Part shown: positions 25,399 through 37,148 of the stretch, piece by piece | Position numbering within the stretch: position 1 is the first letter of the stretch | Layout: each line of letters begins with the position of its first letter | DNA from: Camelus dromedarius | Lineage: Eukaryota | Direction of reading: 5' to 3' | DNA: 64,000 bases | Assembly: GCF_036321535.1 (NCBI RefSeq) | Contig: NC_087444.1 | Span: 24,864,001-24,928,000, forward strand | Notes under the pieces: model-generated | Seen by the model: only the letters and a program-made list of their open reading frames with translations | Database searches by the model: none | What the model was told of the DNA's origin: nothing | Position numbers and translations under genes: made by a program

Positions 25399-25928
25399 CA
25401 ACCCTCCCCAACGCTCAGCAAACTGACCATTAGCTATGCTGAGTGGTGGCAAACTGTGGCTGTGTTCAGAAAAGCTGGCAGATTTCAGCTGATGAATTTC
25501 AGTCTAGCAGAGCCAAGATGATCAACTAAATAAACCATTTATCAAATGTTAGGGACCTTTATCTGATTTTATTTTGTAGTGCAGTCTGACATAGTTTAAA
25601 AACACAGATAGAGCTGTCAGAATGAGGGGCTGAGTATGGTTACAGAAAAGAATAAAACAGTGCCCCCAATGAACCCAATTTCGTTTAGTAGGATATATGG
25701 TTCTTATTTTCTCCAAACATTTCCTCAAACATTGAAGCAAGAGACTCAGATCCTGATGACCCTCCTATTCACCAAGGTATTTCTTAGAGGCTAGTGCATT
25801 TCCTGACACTGGGTAGGTATAAGGTGAATAAATTAGATTACTGGATGATTACACAAGGGAAAGAGTAAGCTCTCAGATAAAATAAAACCATTTCTTCTGG
25901 TTATATACCCATGCTGAAGGAAGAGGAG

Positions 25929-26140
25929 CCATCCATCCATCCATCACTCCCTCTATCCCTTCATCCCTCCATCCATCCCTTCATCCCTCCATTCATCCTT
26001 TTATCCATCCATCCATCCATCAATCCAACATATCTTTACTGAGTGTCTATTATTGACGTGGCACTATGTCTGGAAATGAGAATACAGAGATGGGACAAAG
26101 AACCAAGATCTCTTTCTTTAGGAAGTGTATATTGTGGTAT
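25929..26140 (-). mobile_element. L2 3' end with expanded (CCAT/TCCC)n tail
   Basis: (ccat)n array 25929-26025, then caacatatctttactgagtgtctattattgacgtggcact. Confidence 0.75.
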
Positions 26141-26549
26141 GGTTTCAGAAAAAGCAAATGGAAGAGCTTGTAATGGAAAATACACCATGTTACCAAGTCA
26201 AACTTGAGGTCTACTAACCCCGAGCTTACACTAAGGCAAGGACAGTAAGCGGTCACTGCAGCTGCTCTCATGCCTCAGCTGTGAATCCAAGGAACTGCCA
26301 TAAGACCCAGCCCAGCACTAGCAAAAGCGAAGAGGTACAACCCACAGAATAAAGTGAACGCGGTTTGCACAATTTGGGGAGACTCTTCTTATATCTGTGA
26401 CACGTGAGTAAACAGTATGCAAACCTCTCAGCAGTGACTGATGGGCACCGGAGCCTGAGTTCTCTGCAGTCAGAGAAAGTGTGACGAGTGGTAATGACTG
26501 TTGGTACAAAGCTTTGCTATTTACAAAAGGAGAGGGGTTGCGCACATCT

Positions 26550-26690
26550 CAAAAAGGTGATATAGTTGGTAATGCAGATGTCATTATCAGTCATTACTAA
26601 TAAGGAAACGGGCTCAGGGAGGTTTAATGACTTGCTCAAGGTCACACAGCTGGCTACTTGGGGAACCGGTGAGCTGCCTTCTAGCATTTT
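26550..26690 (-). mobile_element. MIR SINE
   Basis: aggaaacgggctcagggaggtttaatgacttgctcaaggtcacacagct. Confidence 0.75.
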
Positions 26691-27697
26691 CACGTTGCCC
26701 AGAGTGGGTGAGGAATGGCTGGTCTCGCTCTCGGCCCTGTGTGTGCATCTGGGTCCGGAGGCTGCACCCCAGCCCCCAACACACAAGGCGATGGAAGAGC
26801 CCCCTGCCAGACCGTGGCCTGTGCACACAGAGATGTCAGACACTCCATGCTGCCCAGCTCTCTCTCCTCCCCACATCTTTCCTTCCATTCATTGCTCAAA
26901 AAAGATTTTGTGAACACCTCTCGTGAGCTAAGGACTGAGACTATGCGGGGGTACAAGCTGACATAATCCTCTTCCTCCTGGGAGTGTCACAGCTGGTATG
27001 ACTAATCCTCCACCTGTGGAAACTGGGCCCCCAGTTTCCAGCCTTTCTGATTTTCAGGCTGGCGAGTGGAATTTTAAAAAAAGAAATATGAAATTGAAAT
27101 ATTTTGATATGGCAACTAAGATGAAAACTTGAAAACACCCTTGGCCAAACCAAAGAGCAGGCACGTGGGCTGATGGAGGCCCGTGGCACACCTGGTGTGA
27201 CACCTGACCTGGAAGGTAGATGAGGTTCCCCAGAGAGACAGCCTCACAGGACTGAAGGATGAGAGAGGCTCGAGGGGAAAACGCTGGTGCAGGCAGCGGA
27301 GGGTCTGAGAAAGAAAGAATTGGCTTCTGACACCTGACACTGACAAGGAGAGGGTCAGGAACCTCGGACAGTCACCTCTCTCCTGCTCCCTCTTGGCAGA
27401 AAGGTGCAGAGAGGTAGGTCCATGAGCCCCCGGGCCTCAAGAATAAGTGGTCGGTAAGGAAACAGGCATCGGGTTGAATACAAATAACAGCAAAGGATGT
27501 GGCTTTTCCAGCGTGTGTGAGTGTTTGGGTCACATAATACCCATCTCCCTTACAGGTTTTCCCCATCCAACCATGTGTGAATTTCTCATTTCTGCTTTTA
27601 CCATATAAAGTGCCATTGACTAAAGCCCTACATCTCCCCTCATGTGAAAGCCACGTTCGAGTCTCATGAGAAAGAAGTTGTGTACCACTTGGCTCAC

Positions 27698-27876
27698 CTC
27701 TCGGTCCAGCAGGGCAGGTGACACGACGGTGACAATGTCTCCTTTCTCAGGATCGATGTAGAACATGTTGGGAGATGGCTTGTCAGGTGTCTGCTGACGG
27801 ATGTTGTACCGCAGGAGGGCATTATCCGTGGCCGGGTCGTCTGCGTCAAAGGCTGTCATCCGCATCACTGTAGTCC
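27698..27876 (-). CDS. CDH13: Cadherin-13 (T-cadherin) internal coding exon, 179 bp, part of extracellular cadherin repeat EC2 (probably equivalent to human exon 7)
   Basis: Minus-strand translation (G)[59 protein letters not shown] matches my recollection of T-cadherin and has the cadherin Ca2+-binding AxDxD and LDRE motifs. Acceptor is ...cgcccccttAG|GG (AG at 27878-27877) and donor is GAG|GTGAGC (GT at 27697-27696). Phase 1 in, phase 0 out. The exon is CpG-enriched relative to its flanks. Confidence 0.97.
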
Positions 27877-27915
27877 CTAAGGGGGCGGGACGGAGAGCAG
27901 GAGATGGTCACCTGG
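27877..27915 (-). promoter_or_regulatory. 3' splice site region: candidate branch point (GGTGAC) and C-rich polypyrimidine tract
   Basis: Minus strand reads caggtgaccatctcctgctctccgtcccgcccccttag immediately before the exon. Confidence 0.75.
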
Positions 27916-28199
27916 GGAACAGCGATGGGCAGAGCCCCTCCCCCCGGCAAGGCAGTCACGGTGGAACAATGTGTCAGTCACTTTCCAAATTAAAAAAAAG
28001 TAAAGCATTCCCTGCCTTTGATAAGTTTTAGCTTTCCTTCCCTGCTCCCTCTCTGTTCCATCATGTTGAAAGAGCTGAAATAAAGACAAGAAATCTTTGC
28101 TGTTCAGCAGATTGACAGCTTAATTTTTCCTTCTGCTGACATGCTGTTTATTTCCATAGGTTTTCATTCCATGGTAGATGTGGCTCTGTGACAATGGCC

Positions 28200-28500
28200 T
28201 TCATTTTAAAAGCGTTTATTGAGTGCCTACCTTAGGGGGGGCACTGGGGTGGGTGCTGGGGAAATAGAGGTGCAGAAAGGCACATTCCCTGGTGTCCGGC
28301 AGATCAGCCATAAGTGGGAGAAATAACGTATGAAAATAATAAAGCGTTTGCGGGCGCTGAGAGAGGGCGTTGTGAATATGGAGAACTGCCTTGTCTAACC
28401 AGGGCTCAGGGAAGGTCCTCGATGCAGATGCCAGAGGGGTGAGTAGGTGTGAGCAAAGGGCAGAGAGGGGACCTCGAAGGGCAAGGTATTCTGGTTAATT
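28200..28500 (-). mobile_element. L2 fragment
   Basis: gtttattgagtgcctac...ggcactggg...tcagggaaggtcctc. Confidence 0.65.
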
Positions 28501-28719
28501 CTGGCTAAAGGAAGGGGAGCAAGTGTTGTCTGAGCACCCTGTACGCGGCCACAAGGATTTAGGCACTTGAGAGACACAGACAATGTGAAGAAAAGGGTTG
28601 CACAGGCTATTCGTTTATGACAAGGATTGAGAAGGGTGTCAGATACCAGGCCTTGCTCACACATAGCTGATAGGAAGCGCAACTGTCTCTGGAAGACAAC
28701 TGAAAAGCAACTAGTTAAA

Positions 28720-29250
28720 AAAAATGCATTTACTCTTAGGGCATCTACCCACAAGAAACACTTGCACGTGTCCACAAGGGGTTTTTGTCGGGATGTTCAT
28801 GGAGGATTCTCCACTACGGTGAAACATTTGGAAACAACCTGACTGTCCAACACAGAGGAATCGCCAAAATTATGGTATCCAGTCCCTGTGAAATCTTCTG
28901 CAGTAGTTAAAAAGGCTGTAGCTCTAATGTGTTTTAATACGGAGGGCTCGCCATGATTGAAAAATATCAGGCTGGAGAAGGATGTTATCCACGCTATGAC
29001 ATCATTTTTGTGAACATATTGGCACACAGAAAATTCCACCAGATTTATGCATCTATTCTGCAGGTACAGTTTATGCTCATAAATGTGTACAAGGGTGAAC
29101 TTCACACTGGCTCTGGTGGTTAAATCAGGGCAAAGGAGAGAGATGGCTAGGGTTACCCGTAGTGATCAGGGAAGATGTTGGACCAGTCTGTAATGTTTTC
29201 ATCATTCTTACAAGGAGAATGTATTGCTTTTGTGGTTAAATTTAATTTAA
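28720..29250 (+). mobile_element. Old L1 (L1ME-like) 3' fragment
   Basis: ggatgttcat...ttggaaacaacctgactgtcca...aaattatggtatcc...gcagtagttaaaaag. Confidence 0.7.
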
Positions 29251-30689
29251 AGGGATCATAATTACAAATACCAACAGAATCATGATCTAGGGCAGAATTG
29301 GGCACATCTGCTTGCTGATCTTGACAATTTCAAGCCACCACACTTGGCTCAGGGTGACCTGCCCAACCATCATTTTAAATTGTGGTTTACTTTTCCACGA
29401 ATGTAAGGACCCACCTTCTGATTCCAAATCCTCTGGACTCACAACATGTGAGCTAACTGGTAAGAGACGGAAGCCATAGACCTATAGTTACCGGAAGGAA
29501 TATTCACATACAGAAAATATTCAAGCTCAGCGGAAACACAGAATCCATCTAGCTCAGCCGCCATCTCGGTATTCCTTTCCCTTTTGTAACAGTGCTTTCA
29601 AACCATCAAAGCCACTTAATTACTTTTTTTTCCATCATCAGAATCAGATTATCACCCATTAGGTCTGGAGGATGAGGCAAATGAGAAGGATCGGACCATC
29701 CTGAGGTTGGGTTGATTTGTTAAATAGTCTCAGTTGATTTCACCAATATTACCACTAGGACAGATGCATCCAGACACCTCTTCTATTCCACATTGTGTCT
29801 TTGTCCTTCTTTGTTTCTTTCCGAAATTATCACCAGGCTGGCCTCAAGATCTGGTGTAAGAACAGAAAATTCTGGGCACGTGCAGTCAGCTTCCTCTCCC
29901 CTTGCCTTCGGAAGATGTCAGCAAGCCACTTGGTTTCTGTGCTTTGTTTCCCACCCAGTGGATCAGGGTTCTTTCTCCAAGCAGTGGTCCACGCAGCCAC
30001 GCCCAGTCTGTCCCAGTTAGCGTGAAAGGTATACTCATTTGTCTCTCTGGTCTAGAAAACAGGCCTACTTGAGGGCCTCCGTCAGAAATCAGAGGCAGTT
30101 CCCAGGCCCACAGCTCGCCCTGGGACATACTCAGTGAGCTCCGTGTGGGCAAAGGCCTGGAAGGAGGCCTCCCCAGCATCGATTCCATGGGAAATGGTCT
30201 CTGGGTAAGTATGCACGACCTAGTGCCTTGCACTTCGTCAGTGTCTAACGAACTCTTGACTGTGCCCCATGTAATCTAATCTACTTTTAGTGGAAGTCAG
30301 ACACAAACAAGCAGAAGAAAGTATTAAAAATGAGGTTGTCACGGTTTGTGACTCTCATGGTTTCTTGGGAAGGGAAGAAAAGACCTCTCAGGTTGACAAA
30401 TTTTCAGTTTCCACCAGGACATTCATGGATAGTTTTGTTCTTGGTTGTGATTTTTCACAGACTTGCTAACATGAAATAGGAAAAAGTGCTCCTGGAATAT
30501 TCCCAGCATGACACAGAAAATGCCTTTCATTTTAAGGAACTGTTAGGGAGCAAGTGAACTTGGTCTTAAGCCCTGCCTTGGTCTTCACCCAGCCTTGAAC
30601 CTGGACTTACTTCTGAGGCCCACTCAGCGGAGAATGATAGTGCTTGAGTCACCCAGATAGGTTTGCAGCATGGCAGGAAACCACCTTGG

Positions 30690-30875
30690 GTAATGTCTAG
30701 GTTCAAGTCTTAACTGTGTGAACTTGGGCAAGTTAATCAATCTTCTCCAAGCCTTAGCTTCCCATTCATCCCCTCATAACATGAGGATATTATCAACACT
30801 GTTTTCTTTGGTCCTCGTAAGCATGTAACAGGATAATGTATTAAGTAACTTGGCCCAGTGCCTGCTGTGTCAGTG
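30690..30875 (+). mobile_element. MIR SINE
   Basis: ctgtgtgaacttgggcaagttaatcaatcttctccaagccttagcttccc. Confidence 0.7.
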
Positions 30876-31115
30876 TTCCAGGTGGGGAGGCCTTTGTCAT
30901 CGACCTGCCCTGGGGTCTGAACCTGACGTGCAGGCAATGCCGCAGACGAAGGAGCTCAGGAGCCCAGGAGCTCAGGATGAAGCAGCCCACAGAGAGGACG
31001 AGTCCCGTTGCCCGTCGTCTCTGAGTCGCCCTGCCTCACCTTCTCCCTCTCACCTTGTCCATGGTCTGTGTTCATAGATTTGGGTTTCTATGGGGGAGAT
31101 CCTAAATCTCTGCTA

Positions 31116-31177
31116 ACACATACACACGTACGTGCACCCAGGTGCACGCGGGCACGCACACACACACACACACACAT
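31116..31177. repeat. Compound (CA)n / alternating purine-pyrimidine tract
   Basis: acacatacacacgtacgtgcacccaggtgcacgcgggcacg(ca)n. Confidence 0.9.
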
Positions 31178-31357
31178 TCTGTAGCCACCACTGCTTCTCC
31201 ATAGGGCACCCTAGCCTTCCTCTAGGATCAAGGATCTATCCTGAGCCCCAGACCATCTGGTGTGCCTGACACCCTGCTCTTGTCAGCTCCTCCCCTGGGG
31301 CTGGATCATGATTTTCAGACTTCCAGGTCCTGCCATGGCTAGATAAGCCTCCGAAAC

Positions 31358-31565
31358 CAGCATTTCCTACCATTGTTTCCAGGGAACACTGGTTCTGTGG
31401 GCTCAGCAGAAAAATACATTTGAGAAATACACAGTAAGCACAGTTAAGCAGGTCTCCCTCCTGGAGGACTTCCTGGCATCCTTAATAAGCAAATGCATGT
31501 TGTAAATCTCCAGGAGAGAATGGAGTCTGTAGCTTTTACCAGACTTCTCTGTTGAGGGAGCCTCT
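31358..31565. mobile_element. Old hAT-Charlie element (MER112/113-like)
   Basis: cagcatttcc...ggaacactggttct...ggacttcctggcatccttaataagcaaatgcatgttgtaaatctcca. Confidence 0.5.
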
Positions 31566-33049
31566 TCTAAACCTTAAGGACATCTTCATGTGATGGGTCA
31601 CGCGGTCCTACATTTGAACCCTTGTGGGGCAGAAGGGTTTTGTTCATCTTGATAAGCTCAGGTGCTGACACACAGTGGGCCCTCCATCAGTGTTCTCTGG
31701 GGAGAATTGCACGTTGCAGTTCGTTGCAGTTTGTTGCAGTTCTGCCATATTCCACAGCGACCAGAGCAGTGGACGACTTGTTACTGAGAAGAAGGGACAA
31801 CATTGCCTGAACATATTTCATAACCAGGCAGGCTTCCCTGGCACCTCTGAGCTCTTCCCCTCACCCCTCCCAGAAGCCCTTGTTGGACCTGGATTCAGCC
31901 CCAGACACCAATTCCAAGTCCAGGGCTGACATCAGGCAGGTGGGCACCAGGACGGTTGTTCCAGTGCCTGTAGGTGGCACCCATGGCTTTACCCTGCCCA
32001 AGCCCACATCCTGGACTCTGAGAAGAAGGGCTCATTCCTTTCCATCAGCCTGTCAGCTTCTCATCCGTGCTTATCTTGTGCCTAGGTGCGCTTCCCGACG
32101 GCAGAGAAATGATAATTACATGATAGACACAAGTGTGGGTCCTCCACGTAGTACATTTCTGTCTCTCCCCCGTCGCAATATTCTCCCGAGTGTCAAAATA
32201 AATGATAATCACTCTGTCACTCCCGGAGCCAGATGAACTAGCAGTGGTCCCTCCAAAGCCAAATAAAAGAATTACAGGCCGCTGGTTGAACGCCTCAAGT
32301 TGGCCTGTTATTTCCTTTCATCGAAAGGCATGGTGGCTGATCTGACAGCCTGATCAACAATTATGAGGATTCCGTCTTGGCCGGATTGTCCCTTCCTCTT
32401 GGCTGCATTTCTCTGATTAAAGAAAAGTGCCGCCTGGTGTCTTGACCTTGAAGCTAGTGTTTGAAGTTTTGCTTCCTTGTGACTTCAAGCACAGTCACAC
32501 CCTGGAGAAGCGGAGGGCAGATCTGAAGGGGAGGGGCTGTTTTCAATCTCCAGGAAAGGTCAGCCGGCCTCGAGAGCGAGAGGTTCCAAAAGACAGCTCG
32601 CCCAGTGCCGCAGGTGACAAATTTCTTCTGTTCTTGAAATTTCATTTCCTTCACGTGATCAAAAGTGTCAGACTCCTTTTTCTTTTTTTAAAAAGGGATA
32701 TTCCTATAAGTGAATAATATATCAAGACACAGACATTCAAGTCTATGTTTGGCATCGATTTCTGAGAGTACAGTCAAGGCAAATGTCTGCTTTTCAGGGG
32801 GATGCCAAACATAAAAATCAACATGATCAGAGATGGCAGGCGTCACCAACTGAGCTCCCCGGATGTGACACATGGCACTTATCATAGAACATCCAACCCA
32901 TGAGTGGAGGTAGTACATCTAGTGCACCCAAACGCTGATCTCTGTGACTAAACTATCTCTGCCATGTGCCTCAAAGGTTACTAAGAAGAGATCACGACTC
33001 TGCACGAAGCCCTCTCAGTGGCTGGCTCAGCCTTATCCATTTGCAACAA

Positions 33050-33290
33050 GGTCTGTGGTTGGCTGACTTCTAAAATGACCCCAAAGACTCTTGCTCAAAT
33101 TCCCAGGACTTTGAGTAGGAGGAAGGAGCATGCCGGGACTGACTGCAAAGAACTGAATTCTACCAACAACCTCAATCAGCTGGTAAGCAGTTTCCTTCCC
33201 GGAGCCACCATATAAGAGCCCAGCCTTACCTACACCTTGAATTTGGCCTTGGAAGATCCTAAGTGGACATTGCATGGCATAACCCACTCC
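33050..33290 (+). mobile_element. MLT1 LTR fragment
   Basis: gcaaagaactgaattctaccaacaacc...gagcccagcctt...acaccttga. Confidence 0.6.
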
Positions 33291-33799
33291 TTCTTATTTA
33301 TTTTCACCCGTGAAAGAAAGGAAGCCCTTAACTATCAGCATCTCAACTTGTGAAGGGGACACAGAAGCATTTCAATGTATGTCTAGTCTGACAGATGCTA
33401 ACTTGAAAATAATTTGTCTTGAAATCCTTCAGGTTGAAGGGGTTCTGGGCATCCTGGTTCCAAATGCTCAACTGGAGTTCTCAATGTGGGATGAATAAAC
33501 AGCCAGTTTGCCTGGGACTGGGGGCCTGCCGAGACAGCCCTGGGCAAGCCAGAATGAGAGGGTCCCTACAGGACAAATTCTGCTTCCAGATACATACATA
33601 TCTCATGGCCATGACTGTCAGAGCACAGATGTGTGACCGGCTGCCACTGTGACTCCAGTGGCCTGGGACATTCAGCTCCTTACCGGTCAACCAGTCTGCA
33701 GCTGCTTTCCAACCATGCATGTGGACACAACCCAGTTCTCTCAAAATGGTCCTTAGCAGCAAAGAGAGAACCAGGTGAGCAAATGCAGGTGGAACGGTG

Positions 33800-34230
33800 T
33801 CAAAGGCACCGGTGAGGATGTGGAGTGTCTACTTTCAAATCCTGGCCTCACCAGGAACTGTTGGAGCATCCTTGGACAAATTCCTTTACTTCGTGAAACT
33901 CCAACTTTTTTCATTTACAAAACAGCATCTCCCTTAACCGGCTGTCGTGGGCATTGAATGAATTAATGCAGAATTTCTCAACCTTTATTTTTTTCATTAT
34001 CAACCCACCAAGAGTCTTCTTAGATATTTTTTCCTACTTGCTCCCCATAGATATCTGTTTGTGTACGATAGCCCTTTGAGGGCCACGAATCATTGCAATA
34101 TCTCTAATTTTGAATGTTCACCCAAGTACCAATTTTCTCCCCCTTGGAGGTGATATTACCTCCATTGAGAATGTATAAATTAAGGAATATGAAGTCTGTC
34201 TGGGCAGTGGTAAATACTGAAGAGATGAGA
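33800..34230. mobile_element. MIR interrupted by a hAT-Charlie-like MITE (about 33969-34175)
   Basis: MIR-like text at 33800-33968 and 34176-34230 surrounds cagaatttctcaaccttt...cctccattgagaatg. Confidence 0.5.
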
Positions 34231-35279
34231 GTTTTATTGTTATTTTTATTGACTGCTGCAATTTGCAACTCAGTTCTGGGGGGACTCATTACCGTGTGGG
34301 ATGGTGGTGAGCCAGATGTCTTGGGGGACCCCACCCCTTAGGGTTCAACTCATCCTAGTTCTGGGACTCACAGCCAGGGTCTGCAGAAGCAGGGATGAAT
34401 TAAAATCTCATAAGGAAACAATTCCTCTCTTCCCTTAGATAAGCCTAAAAGCTTCTGTTGGGCACAGGCGTGCATGAAGCAGCCTCCTCTGGTCTTGTCA
34501 GTGTTTCCATGTTCACAGGAATTAATAGGGAAACTGTCAAAGATTAGTTGACAAAAGATACTCAACCAATCTGATAGGTATCCGGAGGCAGCACACATTC
34601 TGCAGTGCATGCATCCTGAAAAGTCACCCATGTGATGAATCGTAAATAATGTCTTATTTCACCATTGACCTACATTAGCATTTCAGACCTGCTTTATCGC
34701 CATTTGAGGGGCTGTCCAATTGGAAGCTGCTCCTCATAATTCACTTTCAGTTTTTTTGCATATCTCCAAAACACGCTATTAGCAGGTGGAATGGGAGAAG
34801 GGGGTAAGCTCTCTGCTCTGGGTGAGGAGACTGTTGAAGAAAGCCCTGCCCAGATCCTCAGGAGAGAAAAGAGGTGCTTTGACTCTGACTTCGGGGAGCC
34901 AGGAAGGGGAAAAGCAGGCTTAGATCTAGCCTGGAGATTTTAGTTTTGTTCCTTTGGGGGGCACTTTCCTCTGTCCTCCAATTATTTAGGGATTGTCATT
35001 CATCAGCACAAAGACTCCTCATATTTTTCACATGGTGGTCAGGCTGTGTATCAGACCTAGAAAGTTCTTAATAATGTGAGTTTTGATAAAGATGCCAATG
35101 ACCTTTGGCCTCTCTTCTGACAGCAGCCCAGACCCACTGGCCCCAAGGGTGTGACTCTCTGGCCCCATTCCCAGAGCAAAGTTATGGGAGCTGGGCCTGA
35201 GGTGAGAAGCTCAAATGCTCACCCAACACCCATACAGGTAACTTACATGAGTAACATGATTTTGATACAATTGCGAGTG

Positions 35280-35560
35280 GTGAGGACTGTGGCAAATTGG
35301 AGGGTGGATGTCCCGCCTAAGGGGCAGCTATCTTTTAGTCCAAGGTAATTGCTTTATTTTTGAAATGCAAGTCTGGAGGAGACAGACCTTTTTATTTTTC
35401 AAGAAAAGGTGGGAATTTGGATTTTCCTATATGGATTTTCCATATATACCAAAATATTTACATGTTGGACACTAGTTCAAATTAAAAAAACAAACAAAAG
35501 ACCACTGAGTGGGACAGAGAAGGCCAAACATGACAGGGCTCACCAGTTTTCAACCTTTGA
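35280..35560. mobile_element. MER102-like hAT DNA transposon
   Basis: ggactgtggcaaattggag...gtcccgcctaaggggcagc at one end and caccagttttcaacctttg at the other. Confidence 0.5.
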
Positions 35561-35934
35561 TTTTGACTGTAGGTAGTGGCAATTCTTTTCCCCAAAGACA
35601 AAGACTAAATGTTGTTACTAAATCCTCTGGTGATTGCAAGGTAGGAAAATGGCACATCCACTAGAAAGAGCTCACCCTTCTTCCTTCCACCTCCCTGTTA
35701 GGACAGGGAAGTTCCCCTGTGCAGCCCCAGCCCCAGCAAAGTGGGAGGCAGTAGAGATGCAGTGACACAAATATGTAACGCAGGTGTTATGCAGTAACTT
35801 ATCTGATCCTACAATGACTCCAGGAGGTATGTTGTGTTGCTAAACCCACTGTAGGGTGAGGAAGCAAAGACCAAGAAGATCATATAGCTAGTCACCCCTT
35901 GAAACAGGATTTGAACCCTGCTTTAGGAAAGAGA

Positions 35935-36480
35935 CTATGGCCCCAACTGTGAGTTGCTGCCCAGTACCCATTCTTTCTTTCTTCTTTAGTAACTCTGATT
36001 TTAGTTGCCACATTGCTGACTAGCTGAGATACTAGATGTCCCAGCTTCTCTGCCAGCTACTGTGGCCATCAATTAAGGTTTAGACAATGAGCTATAGTTA
36101 GAAGTAATGTGTGTGAGACTCCCAGAAAGGTTCCTTAAAGAGATCTCATCCAGAATGTGTGTGCTTTTATAACACCCCCTTTCCTCAGTTCCTGCTGCCT
36201 GGAATGCAGATGTGATGACTACAGCTTCAGCAGCTATTTTAGACCATGAGGTGGCCTTTTAAATGGAAGCTACATGATAGAAAATAAGAGCAGAAAGACA
36301 GAAAGAATTTCAGTCCCTGAGTCTCTGATGACCATGAAGCTTCAAGGGAAGCCTGGAATTCCTCCCTTTGGCTTTGTTTACATGAGCAAGAAATAAATGA
36401 AAGAAAAGTAAAAGCCCGTCTTGTTTGAAACATAGTCATTTTGGGTTTGCAATTCTATGCTGCCACAAATAATCTTCTCT
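35935..36480 (+). mobile_element. MLT1 solo LTR (old subfamily)
   Basis: cccagcttctctgccagctactgtggcc...tcctgctgcctggaatgcagatgtgatg...gctattttagaccatgagg. Confidence 0.75.
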
Positions 36481-36699
36481 GAAAAAGAAGGAAGTAAAGA
36501 TTAAAGAAAATAAATACGTTTTGTTAAATACTTAGTATTATTCTAAAAAGTAAATGTTGTTGCGTTAGCCTGGAACTAGAAGGCACTAATTTAGAGAAAA
36601 GTGGAAACACATGGTCAGTTCTTCAGATAATTTCAAATATTCAAGTTGATTTTGATTCACCTAAATTGTCTTGAATTCAGAAACAATCTTTCTATCAGA

Positions 36700-37148
36700 T
36701 GGTAAGATTGTCCCATTTGTGGGACAACCCTAGCAAGCCACACCTCCTTTTAAATACATTCTTATATCATCCCTTCCACCTAGAGTGTGGGCTTAGCCTG
36801 TGACGTTCTTTGGCCAGTGGAACAGAGGTTTGGAAGTGCTTGTTCACTGAAGCTTGTCCTCCTGGAACCCAGCCACCAACTAAAGATATCTGGGCTGTCC
36901 TGCTGGAGGGGCCACCTGTCTGGGAACTGATATCCTTCACTAACCATTAGACGTGAAGGTTGAGGCCATCTTGGACCAGTTCAGCCACACGTGATGGCAG
37001 CCACATGGCCAACCTCAGGCAAGACCAGCAAGAGAACCACCCCACTGAACCCATCTCAACTTGCAAACTCATGAAAAAACAAATGGCTGTTGTCTTTAGC
37101 CACTAAGTTTGAGTGTGTATCGTTATGCAGCAATAGGTAACTGGTAAA
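36700..37148 (+). mobile_element. MLT1 solo LTR
   Basis: ctgtgacgttctttggccagtggaaca...tgaggccatcttggacc...ctttagccactaagttt...gttatgcagcaataggtaactgg. Confidence 0.8.

Larger units (their letters stand above)
1..27697 (-). other. CDH13: CDH13 intron downstream of the exon (continues beyond the window)
   Basis: Begins with GTGAGC. No further cadherin exon is detected down to position 1. Confidence 0.88.

Noticed and set aside
27620..27697. C-terminal part (VSQVVHNFF...GL) of the 82-aa ORF
   Set aside because: It lies beyond the GAG|GTGAGC donor and is intron read-through with no cadherin similarity.
28109..28120. Identical 12-mer AGATTGACAGCT also found at 51663-51674
   Set aside because: Repeated 12-mers are expected many times by chance in 64 kb, so the identity alone carries no information.
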